From contig CAWETW010000001.1 of the NCBI GenBank assembly GCA_963812155.1, positions 805,689 through 869,688 on the forward strand: a DNA stretch of 64,000 bases, written 5' to 3'. Below, one piece after another: positions 62,374 through 64,000 of the stretch. Numbering within the stretch: position 1 is the stretch's first letter; each line of letters starts with the position of its first letter. The DNA comes from Vulcanimicrobiota bacterium. Lineage in GTDB: Bacteria; Vulcanimicrobiota; Vulcanimicrobiia; Vulcanimicrobiales; Vulcanimicrobiaceae. The translations under genes were made by a program, and so were the position numbers. The notes under the pieces were generated by a model. The model ran no database searches. It was not told where the DNA came from and saw only the letters and a list, made by a program, of their open reading frames with translations.

Positions 62374-63951
62374 TTATGCGCTGAGGGTGGCGGCGCTGAG
62401 GTCATAGGAGTTGGTGGGGCGCAGACCCACATTGCCGATCCTGCTTCGGCGGGCGAGGACGACCTTGGGGACGAACGACCACATCATTGGGCAGGTGTCC
62501 CAGATCATTCGCTGTGCATCGGCCAGCAGGGCTGCCCGGCGCGCGGGGTCGGGGTCCTCCGACGCGCGCGTGATCATGTCGGTGATCGGCGGGAAGATGT
62601 AGCCGTGGTAGGTGTCGCGGGTGGCCTCCTTTTCGGCGGTGCCGGCGTACATTCCCTGCATGATGGTGATGCCGAGGCCGGTGGGGCCGGGGTAGCCGTT
62701 GCCGAGTACGTCCCAGTCGCCGGCTTTGCCCTGACGCCAGGTGGAGATGTCGCCGCCGGGCTCGAACTGCTGCAACTTCGGGCGGACGCCCACTGCTGAG
62801 AGCATCTGCACGACGGCTTCCATGATGTCGGTGTCGGCGACGAATTCGCCGGTCTCCCAAATGATCTTGAGATTGAGATCGCGGACTCCCAGCGCGTCGA
62901 GTTCGGCGCGGGCGCGGGCGGGATCGTAGATGTACTCGCCCGTCTCGATCGCGCCGTCGAGAGTGATGGGAATGACCCCCTTGGACGCGGTGGCCGAGCC
63001 CTGCATCACCTCGTCGATCAACGACTTACCGTCGATCGCGTAGGTCAGTGCGCGGCGCACCCGCGCGTCGGCGAGCGGGTGGCCCGGCGGTTTGCGGAAG
63101 TTGTAGAACAGCTGGTTGAGGCGCACACCGTCGACACGATCGATGGTGACCCCCGGCAGCCCGGAGAGTTGATCGGCGGAGTCCGGGGAGATGGAATCGA
63201 TGACGTCGATCTGTCCGCTGCGCAGCGACACGACCCGGTTGGACTCGTCGGGGACGAACCGGACGTCGACGGACTCGATGTTCGGCGCGGGGCCCCAATA
63301 TTTAGGGTTTTTCTCCAGCGTGTAGTTGCCGGTTCCGCGGTTGCTGGCGGTGACGATGTAGGGACCTGAACCGACGCCGGATTGCAGTTCCTCGGGGCGG
63401 TTGTCCGCGGCCGGAGTGATCAGGATGTTGGTCATCAGGTAATCGAGTACCGGGACTGGGCGCTCCGTGTTGAGCGTGAAGCTGGACTCGTCGATCTGAT
63501 CGACCGTCGGCCACTCCGGAAAGAACCCGCCGACGAACGAGCCGCTGACCTCGCTGTACATCTTCAGGGCGGTGGCGACGTCCTGCACCTGCACCGGCCG
63601 TCCGTCGGAGTAGATGATTCCCGGGCGCAGGTGCACATACCACTGCCTCGGGTTGGTGAGCTCGAACCTGTCCGCCAGGACGAGCTGCGGCTTGAGGTGC
63701 TGATCCAGCGTAATCAGCGACTGGCGCACGGCGCGTTGCACGGTGAGCGCGGCATCGAACTGGTTGAGCTTGTTGTCCAGGCTGACCAGCGAGCGGTTGA
63801 GCGCCAGGCCGGCCGTGCGCGGTCCGGGTGCCCCGGTCGGGGTAGCGCAGCCGACGAGCGAACCGAGCGAGATGCCGGCACCCAGAGCCAGGCCCGACCG
63901 CAGCAGGGTCCTTCTCGAAAACTCATGCTGCAAGGGAGATCTGGTCATCAT
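62374..63951 (-). CDS. ABC transporter family-5 substrate-binding lipoprotein (Tat)
   Basis: SRRTLL twin-arginine, LVGC lipobox, GSGPY, RVRRALTYAID. Confidence 0.9.
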   Translation of the reverse strand: MMTRSPLQHEFSRRTLLRSGLALGAGISLGSLVGCATPTGAPGPRTAGLALNRSLVSLDNKLNQFDAALTVQRAVRQSLITLDQHLKPQLVLADRFELTNPRQWYVHLRPGIIYSDGRPVQVQDVATALKMYSEVSGSFVGGFFPEWPTVDQIDESSFTLNTERPVPVLDYLMTNILITPAADNRPEELQSGVGSGPYIVTASNRGTGNYTLEKNPKYWGPAPNIESVDVRFVPDESNRVVSLRSGQIDVIDSISPDSADQLSGLPGVTIDRVDGVRLNQLFYNFRKPPGHPLADARVRRALTYAIDGKSLIDEVMQGSATASKGVIPITLDGAIETGEYIYDPARARAELDALGVRDLNLKIIWETGEFVADTDIMEAVVQMLSAVGVRPKLQQFEPGGDISTWRQGKAGDWDVLGNGYPGPTGLGITIMQGMYAGTAEKEATRDTYHGYIFPPITDMITRASEDPDPARRAALLADAQRMIWDTCPMMWSFVPKVVLARRSRIGNVGLRPTNSYDLSAATLSA

Positions 63952-64000
63952 CGACCTCTCGACGAAATAGTAATTGCGGAAGCTGGGGTGCTCGAATCGC

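Overview
The window is two unrelated genomic segments joined at about position 30,940. The left half (1 to ~30,940) comes from a GC-rich diderm bacterium, probably Ca. Eremiobacterota/Vulcanimicrobiota (inferred from protein style, not verified). It holds housekeeping genes (ppx, divIC, accA/accD, rsmE, dnaJ, hrcA with a CIRCE box, acs, a DinG helicase, adenosine deaminase, kbl/tdh) and tRNA-fMet. It also holds a tRNA-Leu(UAA) split by a 224-nt Azoarcus-like group I intron, an orphan ~200-nt structured RNA candidate, and a phoB/phoR/pstB locus. That locus is followed by two paralogous Cys-rich beta-barrel porin genes behind a triple 11-bp-periodic Pho-box-like element. The right half (~30,940 to 64,000) is mycobacterial-type. 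It holds a truncated fadD, a LigD-type polymerase, transporters, a double-TetR regulator with six TGGG-N8-CCCA sites, an IS5 element truncating a sensor kinase, a TnsA-like transposon relic with a TGT end, many gene fragments, and a DUF1537/PdxA2 acid-sugar catabolic cluster. Many genes carry single-base frameshifts that are most simply long-read errors. All product calls come from motif recognition by eye; no database search was run.
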